Of a DNA stretch of 58,660 nt, positions 1 to 8,469 are shown in pieces. Positions within the stretch are counted from its first letter, which is position 1, and the number at the start of each line of letters is the position of its first letter. The notes under the pieces were generated by a model. That model had not been told where the DNA came from and made no database searches. It saw only the letters and a list, made by a program, of their open reading frames with translations. The stretch is from the IMG/VR virus record IMGVR_UViG_3300047275_000458, positions 1 to 58,660 of that record; one strand, written 5' to 3'. Source of the stretch: a virus. Taxonomy: Duplodnaviria; Caudoviricetes. The position numbers were made by a program, and so were the translations under genes.

Positions 1-22
1 GGGCTGGACAACAGGGGGGTGG
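1..22. repeat. Terminal direct repeat / circular assembly overlap (left copy)
   Basis: GGGCTGGACAACAGGGGGGTGG at 1-22 is identical to 58639-58660. Confidence 0.95.
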
Positions 23-101
23 GGCCCCCGCCTCTGCTTACCTATGCCGTATAACGCGCCCGGTATTTTTACCTACATACACACGTAATACACATTACCC
101 C

Positions 102-130
102 TTGACATGCGTACACACCCCATCTATATT
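102..130 (+). promoter_or_regulatory. Sigma70-type promoter for the packaging/late arm
   Basis: TTGACA (102-107), 17-nt spacer, TATATT (125-130). Confidence 0.8.
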
Positions 131-245
131 GCGTCCTAGGGGGTCAGCGGTAACGGCCCGGAATGAATGCAGAGATCCTGAGATTCGAGTTGTTGTACAC
201 ACCCGTTGCGCCCCCTACCCTCAAACCGTTAAAGGAGTTCAAAGC

Positions 246-455
246 ATGAAACTAGCAGCCCTGTTTAAAGGTAAAGAAAGCGCCAAAGAAGAAAAAGCCG
301 AGAAAAAAATGTCCCCAGCGCAATACGCTCGTGGCGAAGCCATGGAGAAAAAAATGAAAGGTATGGAAAAAGGTGGACGCTCACAGAAATTTAACAAATT
401 TGTTAATGCGCCCAAAAAAGACATGATGCGCAAAGGGGCGGGGCGTGGGAGATAA
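246..455 (+). CDS. Small Lys/Met-rich basic protein (69 aa)
   Basis: AAAGGAG SD upstream of ATG 246; shorter than the ORF-track call that starts at 102. Confidence 0.75.
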   Translation: MKLAALFKGKESAKEEKAEKKMSPAQYARGEAMEKKMKGMEKGGRSQKFNKFVNAPKKDMMRKGAGRGR

Positions 456-606
456 CCGGAACTGGAAAAGGCACAACTTCTTTTTACCGGAGGACGCGGT
501 CACCGCGCTCAAGGCGCTAGCAGCTAAAGAGCAGACCACGTACTCCGACTTGATCCGTAAAGCCATCAAACAATTTTTGGAAGCTAATGGACGACCAAGC
601 GCTTGA
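445..606 (+). CDS. Ribbon-helix-helix (CopG/Arc-like) DNA-binding protein, 53 aa, not in the ORF track
   Basis: GTG start; MGDNRNWKRHNFFLPEDAVTALKALAAKEQTTYSDLIRKAIKQFLEANGRPSA has the RHH pattern (beta strand HNFFLP, helix, SDLIRKAI helix); fills the gap before terS. Confidence 0.75.
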   Translation: MGDNRNWKRHNFFLPEDAVTALKALAAKEQTTYSDLIRKAIKQFLEANGRPSA

Positions 607-1084
607 GCCGATTCAGCCCGGGAGGCTGACGGTACCGTCGGAGATGGTGGCAGAGATCGCGGCGGGCTTGGAAGAGCCCAAGGATATTGCGTTTCGGTAT
701 GGTATAGCCGGTGAGGCGTGGGATGACCTCAGTAAATGGGCGCCGTTTCAAAACGCTGTAGCTACGCAGAAGGCCGAATACGAGAAATCGGGGTTCACAT
801 TCAAGGTTAAAGCCAAAATGCTGACCGAGGATGTGTTCGAAGATGCGTATAAACGGGCTAGATCGAGCGATGCGACCCTGCTTCAGAAGCTGGAATTTGT
901 AAAATTAGGGGCCAAATTGGCAGATATGGAGCCAAAAAATACCCAGGCGGTGGCTAGCGGACCGGCGTTTTCCATAACAATTAATATGGGAGACGAGGCT
1001 GCAAAGCCTAAAACGATCGACATAACACCAAAAAATGTCGAAAATGACCAAGAAATGGTCGAAAATGAGGCAAAAACGGGCTAA
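587..1084 (+). CDS. terS: Probable terminase small subunit
   Basis: Directly upstream of terL; helical; C-terminal FSITIN beta strand. Confidence 0.6.
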   Translation: MDDQALEPIQPGRLTVPSEMVAEIAAGLEEPKDIAFRYGIAGEAWDDLSKWAPFQNAVATQKAEYEKSGFTFKVKAKMLTEDVFEDAYKRARSSDATLLQKLEFVKLGAKLADMEPKNTQAVASGPAFSITINMGDEAAKPKTIDITPKNVENDQEMVENEAKTG

Positions 1085-1099
1085 AACGCCCTATTTACA

Positions 1100-2497
1100 A
1101 TGAATCTAACATACACACCGCCGGACAGCGTTCGAGGGTTTTTACGCAGCGAATCGTTCATTTCACTGATTGTTGGACCAGTTGGAAGCACAAAAACGAC
1201 CGCTGGGATAATGAAAATCGCTTATCACGCCAAACAAATGGCCGCATGTAGGGATGGAGTGCGCAGATCCCGAGCCATATGGGTACGAAATACTCGTGAA
1301 CAGTTGCGAGACACAAGCATACCGGACGTGCTTCGGTGGTATCCTGACGGGCAGGCCGGTAGTTATCTGAAATCGGAGTATAAATTTATATTGAGGTTTG
1401 ACGATGTTGAATGCGAAATACTATTCCGAGGGCTGGACGACTCTGACGACGTGCGTAGGCTGTTATCTCTCCAAGCGTCTTTCGGCATCCTTGACGAGTT
1501 TCGGGAAATTAATCCTGATATCTTCAATGCTCTCCAAGGTCGTCTTGGCCGATATCCATCGAAACTTGATAATAGTGTTGGCTGTGTTACTGATAGCGGT
1601 AAATCTAACGCGCACATATGGGGGATGACCAACCCGCCAGACATGGATACGTTCTGGGAAACTTATTTATCGGAGCCACCGAATAATGCGCAATGTTTTT
1701 TTCAACCATCTGGATTATCTACTGAAGCCGACTGGCTTGAGTTTCTCCCCGAGGACTACTACGAAAACCTGGCTGAGGGTAAGTCTGAGGAATGGGTCGA
1801 TGTGTATATCCACGCTGAATTCGGCAAATCCCTCTCAGGACAGCCAGTATTTCGGGCGTTCGACCGTGATATTCACGTCTCGAAAAATACTCTTAACTAT
1901 ATAAAATTATCGACCCACCCCCTGATTATTGGGATGGACTTTGGATTAACACCAGCATGCACAATCAACCAGATAGACCCACAGGGGCGGTTTCTTACGT
2001 TTGCCGACATCGTGTCCGAGGGTATGGGTACGTTACGTTTTATCAGGGAGAAATTAAAACCCCTGCTGGCGAACCGATTCCCAGGAATGCCGGTTATCGT
2101 GATTGGGGACCCGGCGGGGCAGCAGCGAGCCCAGACCGACGAGCGCAGCGTATTTGATATTCTGAAACAAGAAGGGTTTCGAGTTATACCGGCCAAAACC
2201 AACAGCATAGTGGCCCGTATAAACGCCGTGGATAAGATGTTGACTACCATGGCAGATGGCAAACCTGCCCACTTAATTGACCCGGGGGCGAGGCACCTGA
2301 TTAATGCCTTGCGCGGTGGATATAGGTACAAAATTAAAACAAGTGGTCAAGTAGATGACAAACCAGAAAAAAACGAGTATTCTCACGTAGCAGATGCGCA
2401 TCAGTACGCATGTCTTCACGCCGATGGAAATCTAACTGGCGATGTCCTAGCCCCCAAAGCACGCGAAATACAAAGAATTTCTTACGCTTGGGTGTAA
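1100..2497 (+). CDS. terL: Terminase large subunit
   Basis: Walker A GPVGSTKT, Walker B GILDE, RNase H-like IGMDFG and C-terminal HVADAHQY. Confidence 0.93.
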   Translation: MNLTYTPPDSVRGFLRSESFISLIVGPVGSTKTTAGIMKIAYHAKQMAACRDGVRRSRAIWVRNTREQLRDTSIPDVLRWYPDGQAGSYLKSEYKFILRFDDVECEILFRGLDDSDDVRRLLSLQASFGILDEFREINPDIFNALQGRLGRYPSKLDNSVGCVTDSGKSNAHIWGMTNPPDMDTFWETYLSEPPNNAQCFFQPSGLSTEADWLEFLPEDYYENLAEGKSEEWVDVYIHAEFGKSLSGQPVFRAFDRDIHVSKNTLNYIKLSTHPLIIGMDFGLTPACTINQIDPQGRFLTFADIVSEGMGTLRFIREKLKPLLANRFPGMPVIVIGDPAGQQRAQTDERSVFDILKQEGFRVIPAKTNSIVARINAVDKMLTTMADGKPAHLIDPGARHLINALRGGYRYKIKTSGQVDDKPEKNEYSHVADAHQYACLHADGNLTGDVLAPKAREIQRISYAWV

Positions 2498-2501
2498 ATG
2501 G

Positions 2502-2530
2502 TTGACTTTATGGGTAAGAGGAGTTATAAG
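2502..2530 (+). promoter_or_regulatory. Sigma70-type promoter immediately before portal
   Basis: TTGACT, 17 nt, TATAAG; ATG follows 5 nt after the -10. Confidence 0.55.
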
Positions 2531-2535
2531 GCGGT

Positions 2536-4653
2536 ATGGAACAAGGGATAAATATTACCTCTGAGACAGCCCCCGGTGTGACAAACATCGGTGGTATTGT
2601 GCCCGTTAAGTCTGTAAAACAGCTAATGGACGAGCAGCGCGAAGCTGCTAATCGTGCTAATTCTGAGCCGGTTATTCAAAACTTGGCTGCGTATATTAAA
2701 CAGAAGTGGTATTACTCTCGATTTTCCAAAGAAATGACAATCGAGCAGCGCATGCTAAAAAGCGTGCGGCAGCGTCGTGGGGAATACGATCCTGATTTGT
2801 TGGTGCAGTTGCGCGAACAGAATTCCAGTTTGATTTATATGATGTTGACTTCCAACAAATGCCGTGCGGCGTCCAGTTGGTTGCGCGACGTATTACTTAC
2901 AGATTCCAAAGATAAACCCTGGTCGCTAAAGCCTAACCCCATCCCTGAAATGCCTCCTCCGGTCCTGCAAGGGCTGATGCAGCAGGCACAGCAGAAACTG
3001 ATGGCGTTTATGCAAACCGGTGTTAATCCCACCGATCAAGAAGTACGGCAGATTTTGCTTGATTTTAAAGACCAGGCCATGGGTGAGTTAACCGAGTTGG
3101 CGAAAGAAGACGCTAACCGGATGGAAAGAAAAATGCATAGTCAGTTGTTAGATGGACAGTGGACGACAGCGTTTGCACAGTTTATTGATGATTTGGTGAC
3201 GTTCCCGTGTGCAATTATTAAAGGGCCGGTTGTACGGTCTAAGCCTCACATGAATTGGGTTCCTGTTGGGGATTCGTACGAACTACGAGTGCAAAACGAA
3301 TTATCGTTGGAGTGGGAGCGAGTTGATCCGTTTAATATCTACCCCGCCCCAGATGCATCTCATATTGATGACGGTTATCTAATTGAGCGTCATCGCTTGC
3401 AGCGTGCCGATTTAGTCGGAATGCTGGGGGTTGAAGGATATAGTGACGGTGCTATCCGTGCCGTGCTTGAAGAATACGGTAAAGGAGGCTTACGTGACTG
3501 GATTTATGTTGACCTTACAAAGGCTGCTGCAGAAGGTAAAAGCACGGTTGCAGCCGGGCAAAACCCCTCGGAGCTCATCGATGCCCTCCAATTCTGGGGA
3601 AGTGTCCAAGGGCAACTCCTCCTCGACTGGGGCCTCACGGAAGAAGAAGTCCCGGACCCGCTCGCAGAGTACCCCATCGAAGCGTGGCTTATCGGCCGCT
3701 GGATCATCAAAGCGGTCATCAACCCAGACCCGCTCGGCAGAAAGCCGTACTACAAAACGTCCTACGAAGAAGTCCCCGGCGCGTTCTGGGGGAACTCGGT
3801 AGCTGATCTGTGTCGGGATAGTCAGTCCATGTGTAACGCCGTAGCGCGTGCGCTCGTGAACAATATGAGCCTAGCCTCCGGCCCGCAGGTTGTATACAAC
3901 ATTGATCGTTTGCCTCAGGGCGAAAACATTACACAACTATTCCCATGGAAAATTTGGCAAGTCACGAGCGACCCTCTCAATGGAAATGCCCGGCCTGTGG
4001 AGTTTTATCAGCCCGACTCGAGAGCGTCAGAACTTATGGCGGTGTACGAGAAGTTTGCAGTTCTTGCGGACGAATATACTGGGATTCCTCGCTACATGAC
4101 GGGTGGCAACCCATCGGGCGGCGCAGGCCGAACGGCTTCGGGGATGTCCATGCTGATGACGAACGCCGGAAAGTCAATCAAGCAAGTGATTGCTAACATC
4201 GATGAACACGTAATTAAACCGCTTATTGACAGGTTGTACTATTACAACATGCGTTACAGCGACGATCCAGATCTGAAGGGCGACGTAAATATTCAAGCCC
4301 TTGGCGCGGCAAGCCTGATGGAGAAAGAAGCCATTCAGCAGCGTCAGAACGAATTCCTAGGTATTGCCTTGAACTCTCCAGTTGCCCAGCAAGTCATAGG
4401 CATGGAAGGTGTAGCAGAATTGCTACGGCAGGCTGCTAAGCGCCTAGATATGAACGTGGATGATATTGTGCCACCCGAAGACGTAGTTAAGCGTAAAGTT
4501 ATGGAAGCCAACGCAATGCAGCAAGCGCAAATGATGGCTAACCAACAAAACGGGCAAGCACAAGCTGGTGGTACACCACCGGTACCCGGACCGGACCAAG
4601 GCTTACTGATGGATGGATCGCCGCAAACAAGTCGATTTACTCCATCGGCCTAG
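2536..4653 (+). CDS. Portal protein (P22-like size)
   Basis: 705 aa after terL; ERVDPFNIYP and RTASG motifs; Q-rich C-terminus. Confidence 0.88.
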   Translation: MEQGINITSETAPGVTNIGGIVPVKSVKQLMDEQREAANRANSEPVIQNLAAYIKQKWYYSRFSKEMTIEQRMLKSVRQRRGEYDPDLLVQLREQNSSLIYMMLTSNKCRAASSWLRDVLLTDSKDKPWSLKPNPIPEMPPPVLQGLMQQAQQKLMAFMQTGVNPTDQEVRQILLDFKDQAMGELTELAKEDANRMERKMHSQLLDGQWTTAFAQFIDDLVTFPCAIIKGPVVRSKPHMNWVPVGDSYELRVQNELSLEWERVDPFNIYPAPDASHIDDGYLIERHRLQRADLVGMLGVEGYSDGAIRAVLEEYGKGGLRDWIYVDLTKAAAEGKSTVAAGQNPSELIDALQFWGSVQGQLLLDWGLTEEEVPDPLAEYPIEAWLIGRWIIKAVINPDPLGRKPYYKTSYEEVPGAFWGNSVADLCRDSQSMCNAVARALVNNMSLASGPQVVYNIDRLPQGENITQLFPWKIWQVTSDPLNGNARPVEFYQPDSRASELMAVYEKFAVLADEYTGIPRYMTGGNPSGGAGRTASGMSMLMTNAGKSIKQVIANIDEHVIKPLIDRLYYYNMRYSDDPDLKGDVNIQALGAASLMEKEAIQQRQNEFLGIALNSPVAQQVIGMEGVAELLRQAAKRLDMNVDDIVPPEDVVKRKVMEANAMQQAQMMANQQNGQAQAGGTPPVPGPDQGLLMDGSPQTSRFTPSA
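3581..3802 (+). CDS. Overprinted +1-frame Ser/Arg/Lys-rich protein (73 aa) inside portal
   Basis: GGAG, 7 nt, ATG 3581; only 3 of 74 overlapping portal codons end in T; the bias ends at TAG 3800-3802. Confidence 0.7.
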   Translation: MPSNSGEVSKGNSSSTGASRKKKSRTRSQSTPSKRGLSAAGSSKRSSTQTRSAESRTTKRPTKKSPARSGGTR

Positions 4654-4656
4654 GTG

Positions 4657-4685
4657 TTGACGTAGTAATTTTTTAGTGGTATATA
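4657..4685 (+). promoter_or_regulatory. Sigma70-type promoter for head genes
   Basis: TTGACG, 17 nt, TATATA, with TG extension, in an AT-rich intergenic gap. Confidence 0.6.
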
Positions 4686-4711
4686 TCAATTTGTTTTAGA
4701 AAGGAGTTGCG

Positions 4712-4903
4712 ATGAAAGCAATCAGCCCGATGGAAAAGCGTGGTTCTGAGTACACTCAGGATTCCGCCAAGACCGATGGAATGTCCAAAGGTCCCGCCAA
4801 GCAGGGTGCTGGTGGCAACGACGGCAACGTTGATGCTGAAGGCAAGCGTGGTGGAAAAGAGTATGCTCAGATGTCGGCTAAAACCGACGGTATGTGCAAG
4901 TAA
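4712..4903 (+). CDS. Small hydrophilic protein with an internal repeat (KRG..EY.Q.SAKTDGM twice)
   Basis: AAAGGAG SD; duplicated motif. Confidence 0.75.
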   Translation: MKAISPMEKRGSEYTQDSAKTDGMSKGPAKQGAGGNDGNVDAEGKRGGKEYAQMSAKTDGMCK

Positions 4904-5134
4904 GTGCTGCGGATTGACGAAAGAGTCGCCCGCAGTCTGACGTTATTAAGGTCAGAAGAGTTTGCCCCATTGTTAGAGTATTTAGGGAACTGCAAAGCAG
5001 ATAGTCTTGAAAAAATGGCAGTGGCAAGCGAACAAACCCAAATTTACCGGCTTCAAGGTGAAGTTGGTGTGATCAAGGAGTTCCTTGATCTGGTAGGACG
5101 GTCAGGTGAACTGATCGAGAAGTTACGAAGGTAG
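4904..5134 (+). CDS. Small conserved-type protein between portal and scaffold
   Basis: Helical, IYRLQG motif, position typical of podoviral head modules. Confidence 0.7.
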   Translation: MLRIDERVARSLTLLRSEEFAPLLEYLGNCKADSLEKMAVASEQTQIYRLQGEVGVIKEFLDLVGRSGELIEKLRR

Positions 5135-5244
5135 GCAGACCGTTAAGTCGGAGCCCACCACTTTAATTTAACCGTGTAGCAGACCGTTATCGCGTAGCGC
5201 AGACCGTTCAGGCGGAGCGCGAAGTGAGAGTCGGAGCGAAGGAG
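5130..5244 (+). promoter_or_regulatory. Structured RNA leader of the scaffold gene with three GCAGACCG/CGGAGC internal-loop units
   Basis: GCAGACCGTT at 5135, 5179, 5199; CGGAGC at 5149, 5213, 5232; abuts SD AAGGAG at 5239-5244. Confidence 0.6.
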
Positions 5245-5250
5245 ATAGAA

Positions 5251-6237
5251 ATGGCATTGCCCAAGGCGATTCAACAGCAAGTTGAAGAAGCAGACGCGTT
5301 AGTAGCTAACATCCATGGTGATAAGACCGAAGAACTACAGGAAGCCCCTGAAAACTTTTCGGAGACTGACCCAGTAAATCAACTACCACCCGATCCGCCC
5401 CCTGTTGAGCCACCTCAGCAAACCGTTTCACAAGAGCCTGCAAAGGAAATACCCGAAAGCAAATGGGAAAATAAGTACCACACGCTAAAAGGTATGTACG
5501 ACGCGGAAGTACCCAGATTGCATGCCGAACTGCGCGAGATGAAAACGCAACTTCAGCAGCTTGTAGCCGATAAAGCTACAGCCGAAGCAAAACTGGCTAC
5601 CCCGGTTCCTTCTGTAGAGTCTCTAATCACTGAACATGACAAAGAAGCGTTTGGTTCGGACTTGATCGACCTGATTGAGCGTGCCACAAAGTCGCAGGTA
5701 TCAACCCTGCAGCAGCGTGAATCGCAACTATTGGACGAGATTAAGCAGTTGAGAACGCAGCTTGGAACAGTATCAGAGCGTCAGGTTGTATCCGATAAGG
5801 ATCGTTTCCTGATGGCGCTGGCCTCAAAAGCACCAGATTGGGAGCAGTTAAATACCGATTCGGGGTTTTTGGAGTGGCTAGCCCAGGTTGATCCAGTATA
5901 TGGATTACCCCGCCAAGTAGGTTTAAATAATGCGTACGATGCGTTTGATTCTGATCGCGTTGCTACAATTTTTAATACCTACCGCGATCTTGTTACTCCT
6001 AAGCAGCCGCAGCAACCGCAAACAACTCCGAAGCAACAACTTCAGCGTCAAGTAGCGCCGACCCGCTCTCGTGCATCGACGCCCCCGGCTACCAACGATG
6101 TGAATCAGCGCATCTATACGCAAGTAGAGATTGAGCAGTTTTACAATGATTGGCGACGAGGCTACATCGACCAAGAAGAGGCGGTTCGTATGGAAAAAGA
6201 AATTGTGGCCGCTGTCTCGCAAGGAAGAGTCAGATAA
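5251..6237 (+). CDS. Capsid scaffolding protein
   Basis: Acidic/Pro-rich N-terminus, coiled coil, C-terminal QGRVR, directly upstream of MCP; SD supports ATG 5251. Confidence 0.75.
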   Translation: MALPKAIQQQVEEADALVANIHGDKTEELQEAPENFSETDPVNQLPPDPPPVEPPQQTVSQEPAKEIPESKWENKYHTLKGMYDAEVPRLHAELREMKTQLQQLVADKATAEAKLATPVPSVESLITEHDKEAFGSDLIDLIERATKSQVSTLQQRESQLLDEIKQLRTQLGTVSERQVVSDKDRFLMALASKAPDWEQLNTDSGFLEWLAQVDPVYGLPRQVGLNNAYDAFDSDRVATIFNTYRDLVTPKQPQQPQTTPKQQLQRQVAPTRSRASTPPATNDVNQRIYTQVEIEQFYNDWRRGYIDQEEAVRMEKEIVAAVSQGRVR

Positions 6238-6303
6238 TGATTTAACCGGTGATGGTAGCGGCTATAAACCCTGGTAGTTTTTATTCTTTAGAAAGGAAAT
6301 AGC

Positions 6304-7320
6304 ATGTCTACCATTACCGCAGGCGCAACCTACCCAATTAATACCGTAGGTGGCAACGCAACATTCAACTCCCCCACGGGAGCACAGACGTACGCAGGTA
6401 CCGCATATTCGGGTACTTTTATTCCGGCCCTCTGGTCCGGCAAACTGGCGCAGAAGTTCTACGCCGCTACTGTATTTGGTGAAATCGCTAACACCGACTG
6501 GCAAGGCGACATCACTGGCATGGGCGATACCGTGATCATCAACACGATCCCGACGATCACCATCAACAACTACAGCATCGGTCAGAACCTTGCTTACGAA
6601 ATTCCTGCTCCTTCTACGATCAGCCTTACGATCAATAAAGGTAAGTATTTCGGCGTGAACGTAAACAACGTTCTTGAACTGCAAGCCAAGCCCAAGCTGA
6701 TGGATGTGTTTACTAACGACGCAGCTATGCAGATGAAGATCAATATCGACCAGGACGTATTGGGCGGTACATTTGATCAGGGCGCTGCTACCAACAAAGG
6801 TGCAACTGCTGGTGCAATCTCTAGTTCTTTCAACCTTGGCACCGACGCGGCTCCGATTGCGTTGACCGCCGCTAACATTCTGCAGAGCCTTACTGCTCTG
6901 TCGTCTGTTCTTGACGAGAACAACGTACCTGAGACCGATCGTTGGTTGATCATTGGCCCAACCGAGCGTCAAGTGTTGATGCAGTCCAACCTGGCACAAG
7001 CTCAGTTCATGGGAGACCCCTCCTCGATTCTGCGTAACGGCAAGATCGGACAGATTGACCGCTTCACGGTGTATGTCAGCAACCTGCTGCCCCGCGCCCT
7101 TGCTGGTCAAAACTTTTCAGGGGGTGTTTCGGCTGGTACGGCTAAGCGTCATGCCATCATGGCTGGTCACAAGTCGGCAATCACTTTTGCATCACAGATT
7201 GCTAAAGTTGAAAGTCTCCAGAACCCAAATGACTTCGGCACTTTAATCCGTGGCTTAAACGTTTACGGATATAAAGTAGTTCAAGACAAAGGTTTGGCTC
7301 TCCTACTTGCAGCAGGCTAA
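6304..7320 (+). CDS. Major capsid protein
   Basis: 338 aa, FIPALWSGKL and GDTVII motifs, highly-expressed codon bias, followed by a terminator. Confidence 0.9.
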   Translation: MSTITAGATYPINTVGGNATFNSPTGAQTYAGTAYSGTFIPALWSGKLAQKFYAATVFGEIANTDWQGDITGMGDTVIINTIPTITINNYSIGQNLAYEIPAPSTISLTINKGKYFGVNVNNVLELQAKPKLMDVFTNDAAMQMKINIDQDVLGGTFDQGAATNKGATAGAISSSFNLGTDAAPIALTAANILQSLTALSSVLDENNVPETDRWLIIGPTERQVLMQSNLAQAQFMGDPSSILRNGKIGQIDRFTVYVSNLLPRALAGQNFSGGVSAGTAKRHAIMAGHKSAITFASQIAKVESLQNPNDFGTLIRGLNVYGYKVVQDKGLALLLAAG

Positions 7321-7326
7321 TACCCA

Positions 7327-7353
7327 AGGTGGGGGGAAACCCCCACCTACTTT
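7327..7353 (+). terminator. Rho-independent terminator after MCP
   Basis: AGGTGGGGG-GAAA-CCCCCACCT followed by ACTTT. Confidence 0.7.
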
Positions 7354-7374
7354 AACTAGGAACTGGAGATCTAT

Positions 7375-7743
7375 ATGACGACTGAAAATAGGCTTGTACA
7401 ACTTGGTGTTTGGGATATAGCGGCCCAAGAAATTGCTGGTGGAACGGTATTGTCCACTGGTCTTTCTGCAGCCGGTGCAACCCAAGCCACGGCAACCGCG
7501 ATCACCGCAGATATTTCTGTGTTTGGTACGGTTGCTTCGGGTACTGGCGCAATTCTTCCGGGAACAAACGGTGCAAGCCGGTATGTTGTTCGGAATGGCG
7601 GCGCTAATGCTCTACTAGTTTATGCCCCTGTCGGTGGTACGATGAACGGCACTTTGAATGGCAGTGTTTCTGTTGCTGCTTCAACAAATGCTATGCTTAT
7701 CTCTACTAACGGCGTAGACTATTATTCTTTAGTATCTGCGTAA
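7375..7743 (+). CDS. Possible head decoration / minor virion protein
   Basis: Ala/Thr/Gly-rich, GGAG SD, follows MCP. Confidence 0.55.
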   Translation: MTTENRLVQLGVWDIAAQEIAGGTVLSTGLSAAGATQATATAITADISVFGTVASGTGAILPGTNGASRYVVRNGGANALLVYAPVGGTMNGTLNGSVSVAASTNAMLISTNGVDYYSLVSA

Positions 7744-7747
7744 TACT

Positions 7748-7767
7748 CGGGGGCTTCGGCCCCCGTT
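7748..7767 (+). terminator. Hairpin/terminator with UUCG tetraloop
   Basis: GGGGC-TTCG-GCCCC followed by GTTT. Confidence 0.6.
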
Positions 7768-7779
7768 TAAAAGGACAAT

Positions 7780-8469
7780 ATGGGAACCATTGTAGCCTCC
7801 ACTATTATTGACAAAGCCGCCATTCAGTTACTCGACACCGGTAACGTGCGTTGGACCCGGGCCGAGTTGTTTAGTTGGCTAAATGATGGTCAGCGTCAGA
7901 TCACGCTGATGTCCCCCCAAACAAATAACAAAATTGCTGTTATTAATATGGTTGCTGGCACTCGGCAAACTATTCCTTCTGACGGCTGGCGTTTGCTAGA
8001 TGTATTTCGTTACATGGGCAAACTTGGTAATACTCCGGGTCGAGCAGTGCGTTTGGTTTCACGCGAATTATTAGACGCATATGATCCCAATTGGCATGCG
8101 GCTTTAAAACTAGATACCCCCCAGAATTTTTTGTTTGATGATCAAGATCAAACTGCCTTTTATGTATACCCGCCAAACACTGGAAACGGATATATACAGA
8201 TTAACTATGCTCCTGTTCCTGCGACTCTAACTTTAGAATCACAGGCTATATCAATTAATGACATTTTCCAGACCGTGTTGCTGGACTACATTTTGTACCG
8301 AGCCTGTAGCAAAGATGCTGAATACGCTCCTGGGCTACAATTGGCTGCTGGTTATCTAACTACATTTATGGCTGCGTTTAATCTGCGCGATAAGACGGAC
8401 AAGGAAAATACACCTAACCTTGGCTTGTCTCCAAATATGGTAATTGGTGGACCTGGAGGTGAGTCGTGA
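7780..8469 (+). CDS. Head-tail adaptor / tail tubular A-like protein
   Basis: RWT..EL..WLN N-terminus, YVYPP, LLDYILYRA..KD motifs; position. Confidence 0.65.
   Translation: MGTIVASTIIDKAAIQLLDTGNVRWTRAELFSWLNDGQRQITLMSPQTNNKIAVINMVAGTRQTIPSDGWRLLDVFRYMGKLGNTPGRAVRLVSRELLDAYDPNWHAALKLDTPQNFLFDDQDQTAFYVYPPNTGNGYIQINYAPVPATLTLESQAISINDIFQTVLLDYILYRACSKDAEYAPGLQLAAGYLTTFMAAFNLRDKTDKENTPNLGLSPNMVIGGPGGES

Noticed and set aside
1-22. Biological terminal repeat
   Set aside because: 22 nt fits an assembler overlap equally well; cannot be called a physical terminus without reads
102-245. ORF-track N-terminal extension of the first gene
   Set aside because: Its TTG start is the -35 box of the promoter; the SD supports ATG 246
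3560-3802. DGR-type adenine mutagenesis as the cause of the T-poor patches
   Set aside because: No reverse transcriptase and no TR/VR repeat pair seen; changes are synonymous and on the wrong base for a coding-strand VR
5135-5237. Mini-CRISPR array interpretation of the GCAGACCGTT repeats
   Set aside because: Repeats are only 10 nt with irregular 44 and 20 nt spacing; nested base pairing explains them better
6350-6535. +1 ORF in the capsid gene (MATQHSTPPREHRR...)
   Set aside because: No SD, and C-ending codons are gene-wide in MCP, so there is no local signal
6262-7110. 282-aa antisense ORF over the major capsid gene
   Set aside because: In-register antisense shadow expected from strong codon bias; no SD or protein-like features
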